Shown here: one piece after another, positions 28,910-41,183 of the stretch
Numbering within the stretch: position 1 is the stretch's first letter
Layout: each line of letters starts with the position of its first letter
Source: Eledone cirrhosa
Lineage: Eukaryota
Assembly (NCBI GenBank): GCA_964016885.1
Contig: OZ024743.1
Location: 337,280,001 to 337,344,000 of the forward strand
DNA length: 64,000 nucleotides
Reading direction: 5' to 3'
Position numbers and translations under genes: made by a program
The notes under the pieces: model-generated
Databases searched by the model: none
Told to the model about the DNA's origin: nothing
The model's input: only the letters and a program-made list of their open reading frames with translations

Positions 28910-29285
28910 TTAATTGTAAGTTGTGATGTTGCTGTTCCACTCATATTTTCTATTTAATTTTGGTTGTAATTCTTTTATGTTTATTGCCTCTGTAATTTGT
29001 CTCAACATTGCATCTTTTCTGTGTGTAGATTCTATTTTTATTTCTATGTTCTCTAATTTACCCTTGTGTTCTATCTTAGCATGTTGGTAGAGTACAGATG
29101 ATTCTTTATTATCTTGAAGGTCTCGCCAGTGTTCATTTATCCGTTCCCCTATACTACGAGCTGTCTCACCTATGTACACTATATTTTTGTTTCTACATTG
29201 TCCTTCAGTACATCTTATGCTATACACTACATTTCTAGTTTTACAGTTAATATGGGGGCTTATTTTACAGGTTATACATTTCTTA
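28910..29285 (-). pseudogene. PLE GIY-YIG endonuclease fragment
   Basis: KCITC..NCKTRNVVYSIRC..IVYIGETARSIGERINEH..EAINIKELQPKLNRKYE. Confidence 0.88.
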
Positions 29286-29415
29286 CCCGTTTCAAAGACC
29301 CTCATGTATAGATAAGATAAGATAAGAAATGTATAACCTGTAAAATAAGCCCCCAAATACCTCCGTAAAAACACTTATTAGCAAGACATACCCGTTCCAA
29401 AGACCCTCATGTATA

Positions 29416-29793
29416 GATAAGAAATGTATAACCTGTAAAATAAGCCCCCATATTAACTGTAAAACTAGAAATGTAGTGTATAGCATAAGATGTACTGAAG
29501 GACAATGTAGAAACAAAAATATAGTGTACATAGGTGAGACAGCTCGTAGTGTAGGGGAACGCATAAATGAACACTGGCGAGACCTTCAAGATAATAAAGA
29601 ATCATCTATAGTCTACCAACATGCTAAGATAGAACACAAGGGTAAATTAGAGAACATAGAAATAAAAATAGAATCTACACACAGAAAAGATGCAATGTTT
29701 AGACAAATTACAGAGGCAGTAAACATAAAAGAATTACAACCAAAATTAAATAGAAAATATGAGTGGAACAGCAACATCACAACTTACAATTAA
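29416..29793 (+). pseudogene. PLE GIY-YIG endonuclease fragment (mirror copy)
   Basis: The same protein with a few substitutions. Confidence 0.88.
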
Positions 29794-29997
29794 GGACAAA
29801 ATGAAAACACACACACACATAGAACAAACAACCAACCAATAACATGTAAATAAATAAACAAATAGATAAATGAACACAAACATACACAGACACCCGGATG
29901 TGGCGCATGCGCAAACTGAGCACACAACACACACACAGAAACAAAATGGCGTAGGACAGAAGAAAGGAAAGGCACAGAAACAAAGAAAGGAATCCCC

Positions 29998-30042
29998 AGT
30001 CACTGAAGAGGTCACAGAGTGTGTGACGAAAGGACTATGACT
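29998..30042 (+). ncRNA. Minimal type I hammerhead
   Basis: AGTCA-CTGAAGA-g-GTCACA gagtg TGTGAC-GAAA-GGAC-TA-TGACT. Confidence 0.75.
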
Positions 30043-30176
30043 ATATATAAACAACTATCTGGTTGTGGAACCAACCAACCAACCAGAAATTTATAAATTT
30101 ATAAATATATAATAAATTGAAGTGAAAGCAACTGGTGCGTGTGTTTCTTATTGGCAACATGACCCTCCCAAAGTAT

Positions 30177-30214
<38 letters not shown>

Positions 30215-30216
<2 letters not shown>

Positions 30217-30490
30217 GGTAATGATCCCCTCCTCTGAGGCCCAAGTCCGGGTAAGGTGTTTTTGGGGAAGACCAACATTCGTCCATGCATACCAGTCTTC
30301 CCTTTCCACGCCACAATCATGTCCAAGGGAAAGGTCGGTACAGTGAAGTCGCAAATCCTGTCTACTGTTGAGTGTACTGGAACAACGTGAAATAAAATGT
30401 CTTGCTCAAGAACACAGCACACACCCTGGTTTCGGAACCGAACTCACAACCTCACGATTGTGAATCCGACGCTATTACCACTAAACTACA
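30215..30490 (-). mobile_element. tRNA-derived SINE (CORE-like central block)
   Basis: Reverse complement shows A/B boxes (gtttagtggt, gagttcggttcc) and tcttgagcaagacatt. Confidence 0.7.
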
Positions 30491-32470
30491 ATCAACACCA
30501 TCAGCATCACCGTCACTACTAACACCACCACTACCACTATGCCATCACCGTCACTACTAACACCACCACTACCACTATACCACCACCACTACCTCTACCA
30601 TCACTACTATCACCACCACTACCACTATACCACCACCACTACCTCTACCATCACCGTCACTACTAACACCACCACTACCACTATGCCATCACCGTCACTA
30701 CTAACACCACCACTACCACTATACCACCACCACTACCTCTACCATCACTACTAACACCATCACTACCACTATACCACCACCACTACCTCTACCATCACCG
30801 TCACTACTAACACCACCACTACCACTATACCACCACCACTACCTCTACCATCACCGTCACTACTAACACCACCACTACCACTATACCACCACCATCACCA
30901 CTACCATCACCGTCACTACTAACACCACCACTACCACTATACCACCACCATCACCACTACCATCACCGTCACTACTAACACCACCACTACCACTATACCA
31001 CCACCACTACCTCTACCATCACCGTCACTACTAACACCACCACTACCACTATACCACCACCACTACCTCTACCATCACTACTATCACCATCACTACCACT
31101 ATACCACCACCATCACCACTACCATCACCGTCACTACTAACACCACCACTACCACTATACCACCACCACTACCTCTACCATCACTACCACTATACCACCA
31201 CCATCACCACTACCATCACCGTCACTACTAACACCACCACTACCACTATACCACCACCCCCACCTCTACCATCACCGTCACTACTAACACCACCACTACC
31301 ACTATATCACCACCACTACCACTACCATCACCGTCACTACTATCACCATCACTACCACTATACCACCACCATCACCACTACCATCACCGTCACTACTATC
31401 ACCACCACAACCACTATACCACCACCACTACCTCTACCATCACTACTATCACCATCACTACCACTATACCACCACCATCACCACTACCATCACCGTCACT
31501 ACTAACACCACCACCACAACCCCCCCCGTTTCCTACCACTATACCACCACCACTACCACTACCATCACCGTCACTACTATCACCACCACAACCACTATAC
31601 CACCACCACTACCTCTACCATCACCATCACTACTATCACCATCACTACCACTATACCACCACCACTACCTCTACCATCACCGTCACTACTAACACCACCA
31701 CTACCACTATATCACCACCACACCACTACCATCACCGTCACTACTAACACCACAACAACAACACCCACCACCACTACCACTATACCACCATCACCACCAT
31801 TACCATCACCGCCACCTCTAACACCACCACAACAACCCCCCCCGCTTTCTACCACTAAACCACCACCACTACCACTACCATCACCGTCACTACTAACACC
31901 ACCACCACAACAACACCCCCCACTTCCTACCACTATACCACCACCACTACCACTACCATCACCGTCACTACTAACACCACCACCACAACAACACCCCTCG
32001 CTTCCTACCACTATACCACCACCACTACCACTACCATCACCGTCACTACTAACACCACCACCACAACACCCCTCGCTTCCTACCACTATACCACCACCAC
32101 TACCACTACCATCACCGTCACTACTAACACCACCACCACAACAACACCCCCGCTTCCTACCACTATACCACCACCACTACCACTACCATCACCGTCACTA
32201 CTAACACCACCACCACAACAACACCCCCCGCTTCCTACCACTATACCACCACCACTACCACTACCATCACCGTCACTACTAACACCACCTCTACCACTAT
32301 ACCACCACCACTACCTCTACCATCACCGTCACTACTAACACCACCACAACAACAACGCCCCCCCCCCCCCCCCCCCCTTCCACTTCCTACCACTATACCA
32401 CCACCACTACCACTACCATCACCGTCACTACCAACACCGCAACAACAAACACCAACAAACACCAACACCA
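30491..32470. repeat. (ACC/ACT)-derived minisatellite, ~56 bp unit
   Basis: Recurring accatcaccgtcactactaacaccaccactaccactataccaccaccactacctct. Confidence 0.93.
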
Positions 32471-32934
32471 ACACCATTACCACTGATAAAACACAAACAC
32501 GTAACACAAACACACACATACAAACACATACAACAACACACACAAACACATACAAGCACATACAACCACACACACAAACACATACAAACACATACAACCA
32601 CACACACAAACACACACTCACAAACACATACAACCACAGACACAAACACACACACAAACACATACAAACATACATACATATTTTGTGTCGGCAAAAGCAT
32701 GACGGCATCAAATTTTATCAACAGAGAATCGTTTCATTTTCAAAAACCTGAACAGACACCATGCTATATATTGATGTCGGGTAAGAAGTGAGGGGTTATA
32801 CACGTTGATAAAGTAAGCCAGTCTGATGTGATACAAGATAATCTTGAAGATAACAGAACTGATGTCTGCTACTGAACGGCGGGCTGAACCAGCTAATGTT
32901 TCTTCTAGTTTTATTTGGCTTACGAACTGTTTCT

Positions 32935-33075
32935 TTAAACCCGGCTTGTACTCGTATTTAAGGTTTCATTGTAGAGTGGTGCTGCGTCATCGAACAATGT
33001 TATGTCAGATTTTATTGTAGAGATTCTGTGGCTAACATTGTTGCCTAGATTTTGTATTATTGACGGTTGGGTGTA
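32935..33075 (-). pseudogene. PLE RT-thumb fragment
   Basis: PSIIQNLGNNVSHRISTIKSDITLFDDAAPLYNETL aligns by eye to PKSILKNLAYNISLRISNLSSNQDVFDKNATFYNEAL. Confidence 0.65.
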
Positions 33076-33096
33076 CACACACACACACACACACAT

Positions 33097-33237
33097 AAAA
33101 CAAAGGAAATGTGGTAAAGAACCAGATGGACCATAACGCACCAGCGTACTCAATACTTAGGGTAGTAGAGTGGGAAATAGGAAAAAGTATGACCCCGTCG
33201 AAACGGCTTGAGCTCTGCCGTCGGGGTCATACTTTTT

Positions 33238-33241
<4 letters not shown>
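33097..33241 (-). mobile_element. Family B short copy with fold-back end
   Basis: Homology to 19660-19786; aggaaaaagtatgaccccg / cggggtcatactttttcct inversion. Confidence 0.8.
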
Positions 33242-33279
<38 letters not shown>

Positions 33280-33589
33280 TTTGTCACGAATATGCATAAC
33301 ATCTCAATGGAAAGAGATCGCTATAAAATCTCATTCAGAAAAGCAAATACATATAAAACATAGTATACAAAATCACTGAGGAGTAGATCCTAATAAAGTA
33401 ATCTAAAAAGAACACTTCACAAGCATCTTTCCCTGAGGATATATTCTCAGCCAAGCAACATAAAGTTAGGAGGTTTCACTAAGTTCCCTTACTGCAGTTT
33501 CAAAACTCAAGAATAACTCAGACCAGTGCATTTATCGACCTCGTTGTTCGGCGCTCTATCAATACTGCCAAATAGGCACAAGATCAACA

Positions 33590-34100
33590 ATTTAGGGGCA
33601 CGAAGACCTCAGTGCTTTACCGATACTTTATTTTATCGACCTCGGAAGGAAGAAAGTCAAAGTTAACCTCGGTGGGTTTTGAACTCAATGCGCAGAGAGT
33701 CGGAACGAATAACAGAAAACCTTCATAATGACTCTGTCACTCTGGTGCCTTCTTACGACTTACTTGCATGCATGGACCCGTAACCCGTGATGGAGTCGTA
33801 GGGGCACCATGTTAACATACAGCGTTTCTAAGGCATTGTTTAAACATGTCGGAGTTCATGCCTCTCCAGGACTGAGTACAGTAGATTTCTTCCAGAGAAA
33901 GATAAAGAATGAGAGAATGGAAGTGAGAATGAGATATAGAGGAAGAACCAACCCCAGTACTAAACTGGTACTTTTTTTATCGACCTCGAAAAGATGAAAG
34001 GCAAAGTTGACCTCGTCTTGATTTGAACCCAGAGAGCAGTGAGTCAGAACGAATACCACAAAACATTCTATCCGACGTTCTAACAACTCTGCCATTTTGT
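33590..34100 (-). mobile_element. Two diverged tRNA-SINE copies (gcctttcatc..gaggtcgataaa central domain)
   Basis: ~33590-33750 and ~33950-34100 match the 42858-43039 family. Confidence 0.7.
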
Positions 34101-34178
34101 TGCCTTACAGCAGAAAATATGCTGTTTAACATCAACATTTCTAGTAATTGTATATCGTTTTTCAAGAAATCACTTTCT

Positions 34179-35030
34179 CCACCTCCACTTCCACCACCAC
34201 CACCACCACCGCCACCCCACCACTAGTACCACTACTGGCACCTCCACCACCACCACCACCTCCACCACTACCACCAAAACCACCACCTCCACTACCACCA
34301 CCACCAGTACCACTACTATCACCCCCCCCCCCCCCCACACACCACCACTACCACCAAAATCATCACCTCCACCACCAGTGCCACTACTATCACAACCACC
34401 ACCACCACCACCACCACTACCACTACCACCACCACCACCAAAACCATCACCTCCACCACCACCACCACCACCACCACCACCACCACTACCATCAAAACCA
34501 CCACCTCCACTACCACCACCACCAGTACCACTACTATCACAACACCATCACCACTACCACCACCACCACCAAAACTATCACGACCACCACCACCACCACT
34601 ACAACCACCACCAAAACCATCACCTCCACCACCACCACCACCACCACCACTACCACCAAAACCACCACCTCCACTACCACCACCACCACCAGTACCACTA
34701 CTATCACAACACCATCACCACTACCACCACCACCACCAAAACCATCACAACCACCACCACCACCACTACCACCACCACCAAAACTATCACCTCTACCACC
34801 ACTACCACCACCACCACCAAAACTATCACGACGACCACCACCACCACTACAACCACCACCAAAACCATCACCTCCACCACCACCACCACCACCACCACTA
34901 CCACCAAAACCACCACCTCCACTACCACCACCACCACCAGTACCACTACTATCACAACACCATCACCACTACCACCACCACCACCAAAACCATCACCACC
35001 ACCACCACCACCACCACCACTACCACCACA
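34179..35030. repeat. (CAC)n-derived minisatellite
   Basis: Direct inspection. Confidence 0.93.
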
Positions 35031-35252
35031 TTTAAGAGTTATCTCAAAAGATTTGCTACGATTTGTTACAGATTCTTTTTAATCGGTTTAAAAGAAAACT
35101 TGGATTTAAATGGCAAATGTGAGAGACTCATCTCGACTGTTCTTCGTTGGAGCCCCAGTTGTATTAGTTGGTAACTGTTGCTTCTGACAGGACACACTGG
35201 AAGGTGTGTTTGAGGGCACTGCACCTCATGACACTCTCAGAGATAAGTGGGC

Positions 35253-35345
35253 GAAGAAGAAGAAGAAGAAGAAGAAGAAGAAGAAGAAGAAGAAGAAGAA
35301 GAAGAAGAAGAAGAAGAAGAAGAAGAAGAAGAAGAAGAAGAAGAA
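35253..35345. repeat. (GAA)n microsatellite
   Basis: Direct inspection. Confidence 0.97.
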
Positions 35346-35451
35346 AGAGGAGTAGGAGGAGGATGGGAAGAAAAATAAAAAGAAGAGGAATAAGAGTAGA
35401 GGAGGAGGAGGAGAAGAAGAAGAATGTATGTATGTATGTATGTATGTATGT

Positions 35452-38400
35452 TTTCTCTTTCTCTTAATTTTGAGTATATTTTTTTGACCGGCCACCTTCC
35501 TGGTGGCAAGGTTGTAAAAGAAAAGAAATTGTCATCCCTTGAATCGCAAGAATGTTTTGCAAATTTTGAAGGTGCCAGCTATCGCAGCCATTTGTAGACT
35601 ATGAATTAGGGAGCTGCGCTTTTTGTCCGCAAATCCAAGTTCAGTCATACTTTGGTCCAAGCGGGTTGGTATATAACCCGTAGCACCAATAATGATGGGT
35701 ATGAAGCTAAAGGTGTATCTTGGATACTGGATTTGTAAACTCCTCATCAATGGTCCGTAGATGTCCTCCTTCTCCTGTATTTTTCTGACAACGTTTACAT
35801 CAAGTGGGCAGCTGATCTCCACAACAGAACACGTTTTCAATGTGTGGTCCCAAACTACAATATCAGGCCGGTTGTGCTTTAATTTGGTGGCAGTTTTTAT
35901 TTTCAGGTTCCACCAGTATTCCTTAGTGCCATCTGTCTCAATATATTCTTCCTCGTTTGTTGTTAATTTTGTTTTCCGAAGTGCGTTCCAGATGGTTCTA
36001 GCTATCCCATCGTGTCTCATGGGGAGGTAGTAGCGAGATGACATTCTTTCGCAGCTGGCAACAATGTGGCTTACATCCTCGATCTTTGTTTTACATAGCC
36101 TACATTTATTGTCAGCTGCTGGCCCTCCTCTTTTGTGCAGCAGATATTTGGTAGGGAGTTCTTGTTCCTGTATTGCATAGAGATATCCCTCAAGGTGTGA
36201 TGTCATAAACTTGTCGGAACTCCATGCCAGGCTTTTTGAGTGGTTTATCTCCTCTATGGTCTGAGCTTTACGTCTCAAGTATCCATGCACAACTTTTTCT
36301 GTAAATTGGTCAATTTTTTTATCTTGTTTGAACATTGAATAGGATCTTCCGATTTCTCTGGGTGAGAGATTTATATCAGGCTTTATTCCATATCTCTCCT
36401 CCAGATCAGTGGCTATTCTAATGATATTTCTTTTTTCATGGTCATAAACCTGGGCAACATGGTTGCCAACCTTTTTCCTCTGTTGAAGGTGTTGCTTCAG
36501 TGTCACTATCCGGGTCTCATATGTTGTTAATATTGATTTTAGACCCCGGCCACCTTCCTTGCGTGAGAAGTATAGCCTATCCACATCACCATTGATGTTA
36601 AAGTTCCCAGTAACACTGAGAAGTTTTCGAGTTCTAACATCCATCTCACTTAGTTCTTGCAATGACCAGTTCAGTAGGCCAAATGTTGGCGTTAGAATTG
36701 GCACAGCATAAGTATTGTGGGCAATGTATTTGTTGTATGCTGACAGTTCTGATGACCATATTTTCTTTACTCTTCTGAGGTATTCAGTTCTGGTTCTCTC
36801 CTTATTTATGGGTCCATCATATCTGACATTCTCATCCTGTCCAAGATATCTGTAGTTGCCACCTGACTGCAAAGGTTGTATTGTCAGGCCGTTCATCTCT
36901 AGATTTCTAGAGGAGGGCACAGCTCTTCCACGTTTTACTGCCAAATATGCACACTTGGACTCACCAAATTTCATTTTGATGTCGGTTGAAAATTGTGTAA
37001 TGAGGTCCAATTGTTTCTTGATGTCATTGATATTTGGCCCATACAACTTCAGGTCATCAACAAAGAAAAGATGGGAGATACTTCTGGTCCCACTTCTTTG
37101 TCCACCTTGTTTCCTGAGTAGGTAAGATAGTGGATTCAGTGAGAGAACGAAGAGTAGCACTGACAAGCTATCACCCTGAAAGATGCCCTTCTGGTAATGT
37201 ATCTTATCAGTCTTAACCTGCTCCTTCTCACCTCTAAGGATCAAACTGGTGTACCAGTTCTTGGTCAGGCGTTCAACAGCAGCTACCAATGGTTGTGGGA
37301 CTTTAGCTAACTGTAAAGCCTTAACAATCCACCCATGAGGTACACTATCAAATGCTTTTTGATAGTCCAGCCACACGACAGTCATGTTTCTGCGATTCTT
37401 TGTTGTTTTTTCCTGAATCATTTTGTTAGTTAGTAGGTGATCTATGCAACCCCACACCTCCCTCTTTCCACCAGCTTGCTCAGGTGTTATGATGTTGTTG
37501 GTAGCACAGTGATCCTGTAAGAACAGGTTAAGGCACCCAGTATATAATTTATACATGATGTTTTGGCAGGCAATTGGGCGGTAATTTTTAGCAAGGGTGG
37601 TTTGGCTATTTTTGGGAATGAGGAGAGTAGAGGCAGTTGATAACCATCTGGGCAGTTCTTGTGTGCCCTTAATGGTTTCTGTAAACAGCCGTATGAGATC
37701 TTGCCGATAGAAAGTGAAATTCTTCAACCAGTATCCTGTAATGAGGTCTGGGCCTGGCGATTTCCTATTCGACATTTTCTGTAGAGCTGTTTCCAGTATT
37801 GACCCATCTATGTCATATTGTTTTGTCTGGACATGTTGGCAGTAGTCCTGTTCCAGTTCTTTTAGCCAATTAGCTTGTCTGTTGAATCCGTCATCCGTTT
37901 CCCATACAGATCTCCAGTAGCTCTCAACCTGTTCTTTTGAAGGGGTGTCATTTACAGAGATTGAGCTTTTGCCACCGAAGCTGCGATAAACTGATTTAGG
38001 ATCTCTGGCAAACAATCTATTTAGCACTTGTCGTTTATGTGCTGTTGACTTATATTTTAGTCTTTCTGTTGTAGCTGTGAGTTGTTGTTTCAACTGGTGT
38101 AATTTGGAGTTCAAAGTTTTAAATTTTGTATCTCCAAATCTTCTCTCTAACTTTTTCTTTAGGTCTTCCTGGTGTTGTGTGAAGTTGCTCTCTATGTTGC
38201 ATTTCATAACGACTGCGATGTGTGAGATACTTCGTCTCAGGGACAAAATTTTGGTTTTTAAATTTCGTATCCACGCAGGTTCAGGCTTTCTGTTTGTATC
38301 TTGATTGCGTGGTTTTAGATGTGTGTTATATGATAGCAATGTGACAGCTGAAACATATAACAAAACATTAAGCGTTTCAAATGTCGTTTCTACACCTTTA

Positions 38401-39502
38401 GATCGTATAGCCTTCAGATAATTGCCAGCTATTTCGTTCACCGCTTCCAATTCCAATTTAGTGGGTTCTTTACTGACTCTGTCACTCACATTAAGGCTGT
38501 GTATCTCTTGAAACTTATCATTCCATATCACTTGTAGGGAGCCCACAAGTTTTTGGTGCTCTGTTTGTTCAGTAGAGTCATGAATTTCAGCCTCGTTGTT
38601 GATGTGGTGACAATTACTACTAGAGTCAGCTGACCTTTCTCGCTGTTCTTCAGTGGAAGTGGGATGAATTTCAGCAAAATTGTTGGTGAGCTGTTCACTG
38701 TTAGATTTAGCTGGCCATTCTCTTTGTCTGTCAGTAGAGGTGGGGTGGTTGTCTACAAGGGCTGTATTTGTAGTATCACTCGATTCCGTTAGATGTATCA
38801 ATTTACATCTAATGATACGTTTTGCCTGTTCATTTAAATGCTTTGGAGAAAAGTCTAATTCTGGGTGTTTGGAGTTCCATAAAGTTTTTAGCCTTTGCAT
38901 AAAACCGAACTTTTGGGGTTCAGATTGTTTGTATGCTTCATATAATACTTTGTTAAGCTCGTAGCTCCACTGTGTACAACGGTTGTAATTGCGATTTGGT
39001 CGAAGGAGACTTGTACTTTTTGCCATGATGAGTTCGTCTATTCACTAATATTTCGTATTTATTTTTCAAAATAGTCGATGATCTTCTTTAAAAGTTACGA
39101 CAAAGTTCTGTCAGAATCAAATTTAAAGTTATTCACAGCTTGAGTAATATTTCTTTTCAGTTAGTTTTTAATTCTACAACTGTGTTTTAAACGTTGCTCT
39201 TGAATCGTTTGAATCGAGAACAAAAAGAACCGATACTTAGTATATTCCTTTATGAATGTAATATAATATAACAACGCTGTATTTATATGTTAAAGTTTAT
39301 GTATCATTCATATAAATAGGTGTTCTACAACCCATTCACAACATATTCACAGTTCAAACACTTATATTTTTGTTTCTGAATCGAAAACCTTACTTGTATA
39401 TTTCTTTATAAATGTAATATAACAACGTTGCATTTATATGTTAAAGTGTATGTATCGTTCATATATCATAAGTGTATGTATCGTTCATATAAATAAGTGT
39501 TT
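35452..39502 (-). mobile_element. Full-length R4/Dong-like non-LTR retrotransposon within (ATGT)n
   Basis: Single ORF, ~80 bp 3' UTR, ~470 bp 5' UTR with internal repeats; (ATGT)n at 35424-35451 and from 39503. Confidence 0.85.
35532..39026 (-). CDS. RT + CCHC + restriction-like endonuclease polyprotein (1164 aa)
   Basis: KSPGPD, NYRPIAC, WLDYQKAFDSVPH, GIFQGDSLS, FFVDDLKL, CRLC..HIVASC, RHD, RPDIVVWD..VEISCP. Confidence 0.95.
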   Translation of the reverse strand: MAKSTSLLRPNRNYNRCTQWSYELNKVLYEAYKQSEPQKFGFMQRLKTLWNSKHPELDFSPKHLNEQAKRIIRCKLIHLTESSDTTNTALVDNHPTSTDRQREWPAKSNSEQLTNNFAEIHPTSTEEQRERSADSSSNCHHINNEAEIHDSTEQTEHQKLVGSLQVIWNDKFQEIHSLNVSDRVSKEPTKLELEAVNEIAGNYLKAIRSKGVETTFETLNVLLYVSAVTLLSYNTHLKPRNQDTNRKPEPAWIRNLKTKILSLRRSISHIAVVMKCNIESNFTQHQEDLKKKLERRFGDTKFKTLNSKLHQLKQQLTATTERLKYKSTAHKRQVLNRLFARDPKSVYRSFGGKSSISVNDTPSKEQVESYWRSVWETDDGFNRQANWLKELEQDYCQHVQTKQYDIDGSILETALQKMSNRKSPGPDLITGYWLKNFTFYRQDLIRLFTETIKGTQELPRWLSTASTLLIPKNSQTTLAKNYRPIACQNIMYKLYTGCLNLFLQDHCATNNIITPEQAGGKREVWGCIDHLLTNKMIQEKTTKNRRNMTVVWLDYQKAFDSVPHGWIVKALQLAKVPQPLVAAVERLTKNWYTSLILRGEKEQVKTDKIHYQKGIFQGDSLSVLLFVLSLNPLSYLLRKQGGQRSGTRSISHLFFVDDLKLYGPNINDIKKQLDLITQFSTDIKMKFGESKCAYLAVKRGRAVPSSRNLEMNGLTIQPLQSGGNYRYLGQDENVRYDGPINKERTRTEYLRRVKKIWSSELSAYNKYIAHNTYAVPILTPTFGLLNWSLQELSEMDVRTRKLLSVTGNFNINGDVDRLYFSRKEGGRGLKSILTTYETRIVTLKQHLQQRKKVGNHVAQVYDHEKRNIIRIATDLEERYGIKPDINLSPREIGRSYSMFKQDKKIDQFTEKVVHGYLRRKAQTIEEINHSKSLAWSSDKFMTSHLEGYLYAIQEQELPTKYLLHKRGGPAADNKCRLCKTKIEDVSHIVASCERMSSRYYLPMRHDGIARTIWNALRKTKLTTNEEEYIETDGTKEYWWNLKIKTATKLKHNRPDIVVWDHTLKTCSVVEISCPLDVNVVRKIQEKEDIYGPLMRSLQIQYPRYTFSFIPIIIGATGYIPTRLDQSMTELGFADKKRSSLIHSLQMAAIAGTFKICKTFLRFKG

Positions 39503-39725
39503 TATGTATGTATGTATGTATGTATGTATGTATGTATGTATGTGTGTATGTATCTATGCATGTATCTATGTACGTATGCTTGTATGTATGCATGTATGCA
39601 TGTGCACATAGATACACACATATATATATATATATGTGTGTGTGTATATATATTTATGTGTGTGAGTGTGTGCGAGTTGTATGTGTATGTGTGTGTGTGT
39701 ATGTGTGTGTGTATGTATATATATA

Positions 39726-40797
39726 TCTACTTATATATATAACCAGCAATTTCTCTGTCTGTCTGTCCGACAGTGGAAACACGTGCGTAGAGAGAGAGTG
39801 AGAGTGAAAGAAAGAGACAGACTACGAGAGGGGGATAGCGGGAGGGAGAGAGAGAGTGAATAGACGCTAAAACACGTGCTACAGAAATATTACCTTCCCC
39901 TTCCTTTCTCCACTTTGGTACTACCAAGAGAAACACTGTCGCTATAGAAACATTACCTTCCCCTCTCCACTGACTTTGGTCACTGAGGCCGAGGGGAATC
40001 GCTGATTGCTATAGAGACACCTTGCACAAGCTAGAAGTAACCAGTTCGAGGCGGTTCTGACTTGACACCATGCGAAGAAGGTTGCCATTGAATTTGTGGT
40101 TTGAAGAAGGTTGCCATTGAATTTGTGGTTGTTGCTGCTGATAATAAGGACCATTTGAAGAAGGTTGCCATTGAATTTGTGGTTTGAAGAAGGTTGCCAT
40201 TGAATTTGTGGTTGTTGCTGCTGATAATAAGGACCATTTGAAGAAGGTTGCTGCTGATGAGGTAATTTATTAATCAGATTGCGCAGTTCCATAACCTACG
40301 TTTGATTTGTTCAATTTTTTTCTTCAATTTTTTTTTTGTTTCTTTTTTATTTCTTATTGAAAAAATATAAATAATAAAATAAGGTTAGAAATTTAAATAC
40401 AATTAAATACGATTTAATTTCCATTTCCAGCAGCCAATGTCCCGTGTTCAATTTCATGAAAAAATTGGAAATAATTCAAAAAATTGAAGTTTAACTTTTG
40501 AACATTTGTTTTGACAATAAAAAAATATTTCCTTATTCACACCTAATGGTATGATTAAAATTTCATAGGAATATTTTTAACTGCCAGTTATTTATTTTCT
40601 CCTTTTTCGTTTTAACATATATTTATTTCAAAGATTTCACCGTATAGATAACATATATATTTATACATGCATAAAAGACACACCGAGAGACGGTGAACAT
40701 GTGGTGCCGAAAACATTTCTCATCCAAATCTCAACAATATCAGTATATACACTAGATTTGCTAGCAGAAAACCGCCCACCGGGTGGTTTTCTGCTAG
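39726..40797 (+). mobile_element. Non-autonomous Helitron-like element
   Basis: A|TCTACTTATATATATAA start; ends in a 37-nt palindrome ...CTAG|T; internal tandem repeats at 40073-40255. Confidence 0.6.
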
Positions 40798-41146
40798 TCT
40801 ATATATATAAAACAGAGGATGTCTGTGTGTCTGTTTCCCTAAAACTCGAGAACTACCCAACCGTTTTTTTTTAAACTTTACACATGTAACCCGTATGGCC
40901 CCGGAAGTGTTTTGAGCAAAAAAAATTTCAAATTATTCTGACCTAGGGATCGAATTAGTGAAGTGGCCAATGTCTGTACATAATGAGGGAGTGAGAGGGG
41001 AGAGAAAGAAACGGAGAGGCGAAGTGAAGAAGTGGCTCTCTACTCCTCCTCCTCCTTCTCCCCATTCGTCACAGCGTTTTCCGATAGAGGGGAGAAATGT
41101 GAACGAGTTACAGAGAGAAAGAGTGAAAGAAACAGACAGACTAAAA

Positions 41147-41183
<37 letters not shown>

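Larger units (their letters stand above)
28496..30182. mobile_element. Palindromic 5'-truncated PLE (different endonuclease type from the Hydra-like ones)
   Basis: 28496-29285 is inverted against 29418-30182; (TA)n flanks; the arms are slightly diverged. Confidence 0.9.

Noticed and set aside
33375-33420. CTGAGGA followed by a tagat/atcta stem
   Set aside because: No GAAA and no stem I partner.
34023-35082. Pro/His/Thr-rich ORFs (extensin-like)
   Set aside because: (CAC)n-derived minisatellite with frequent frame switches.
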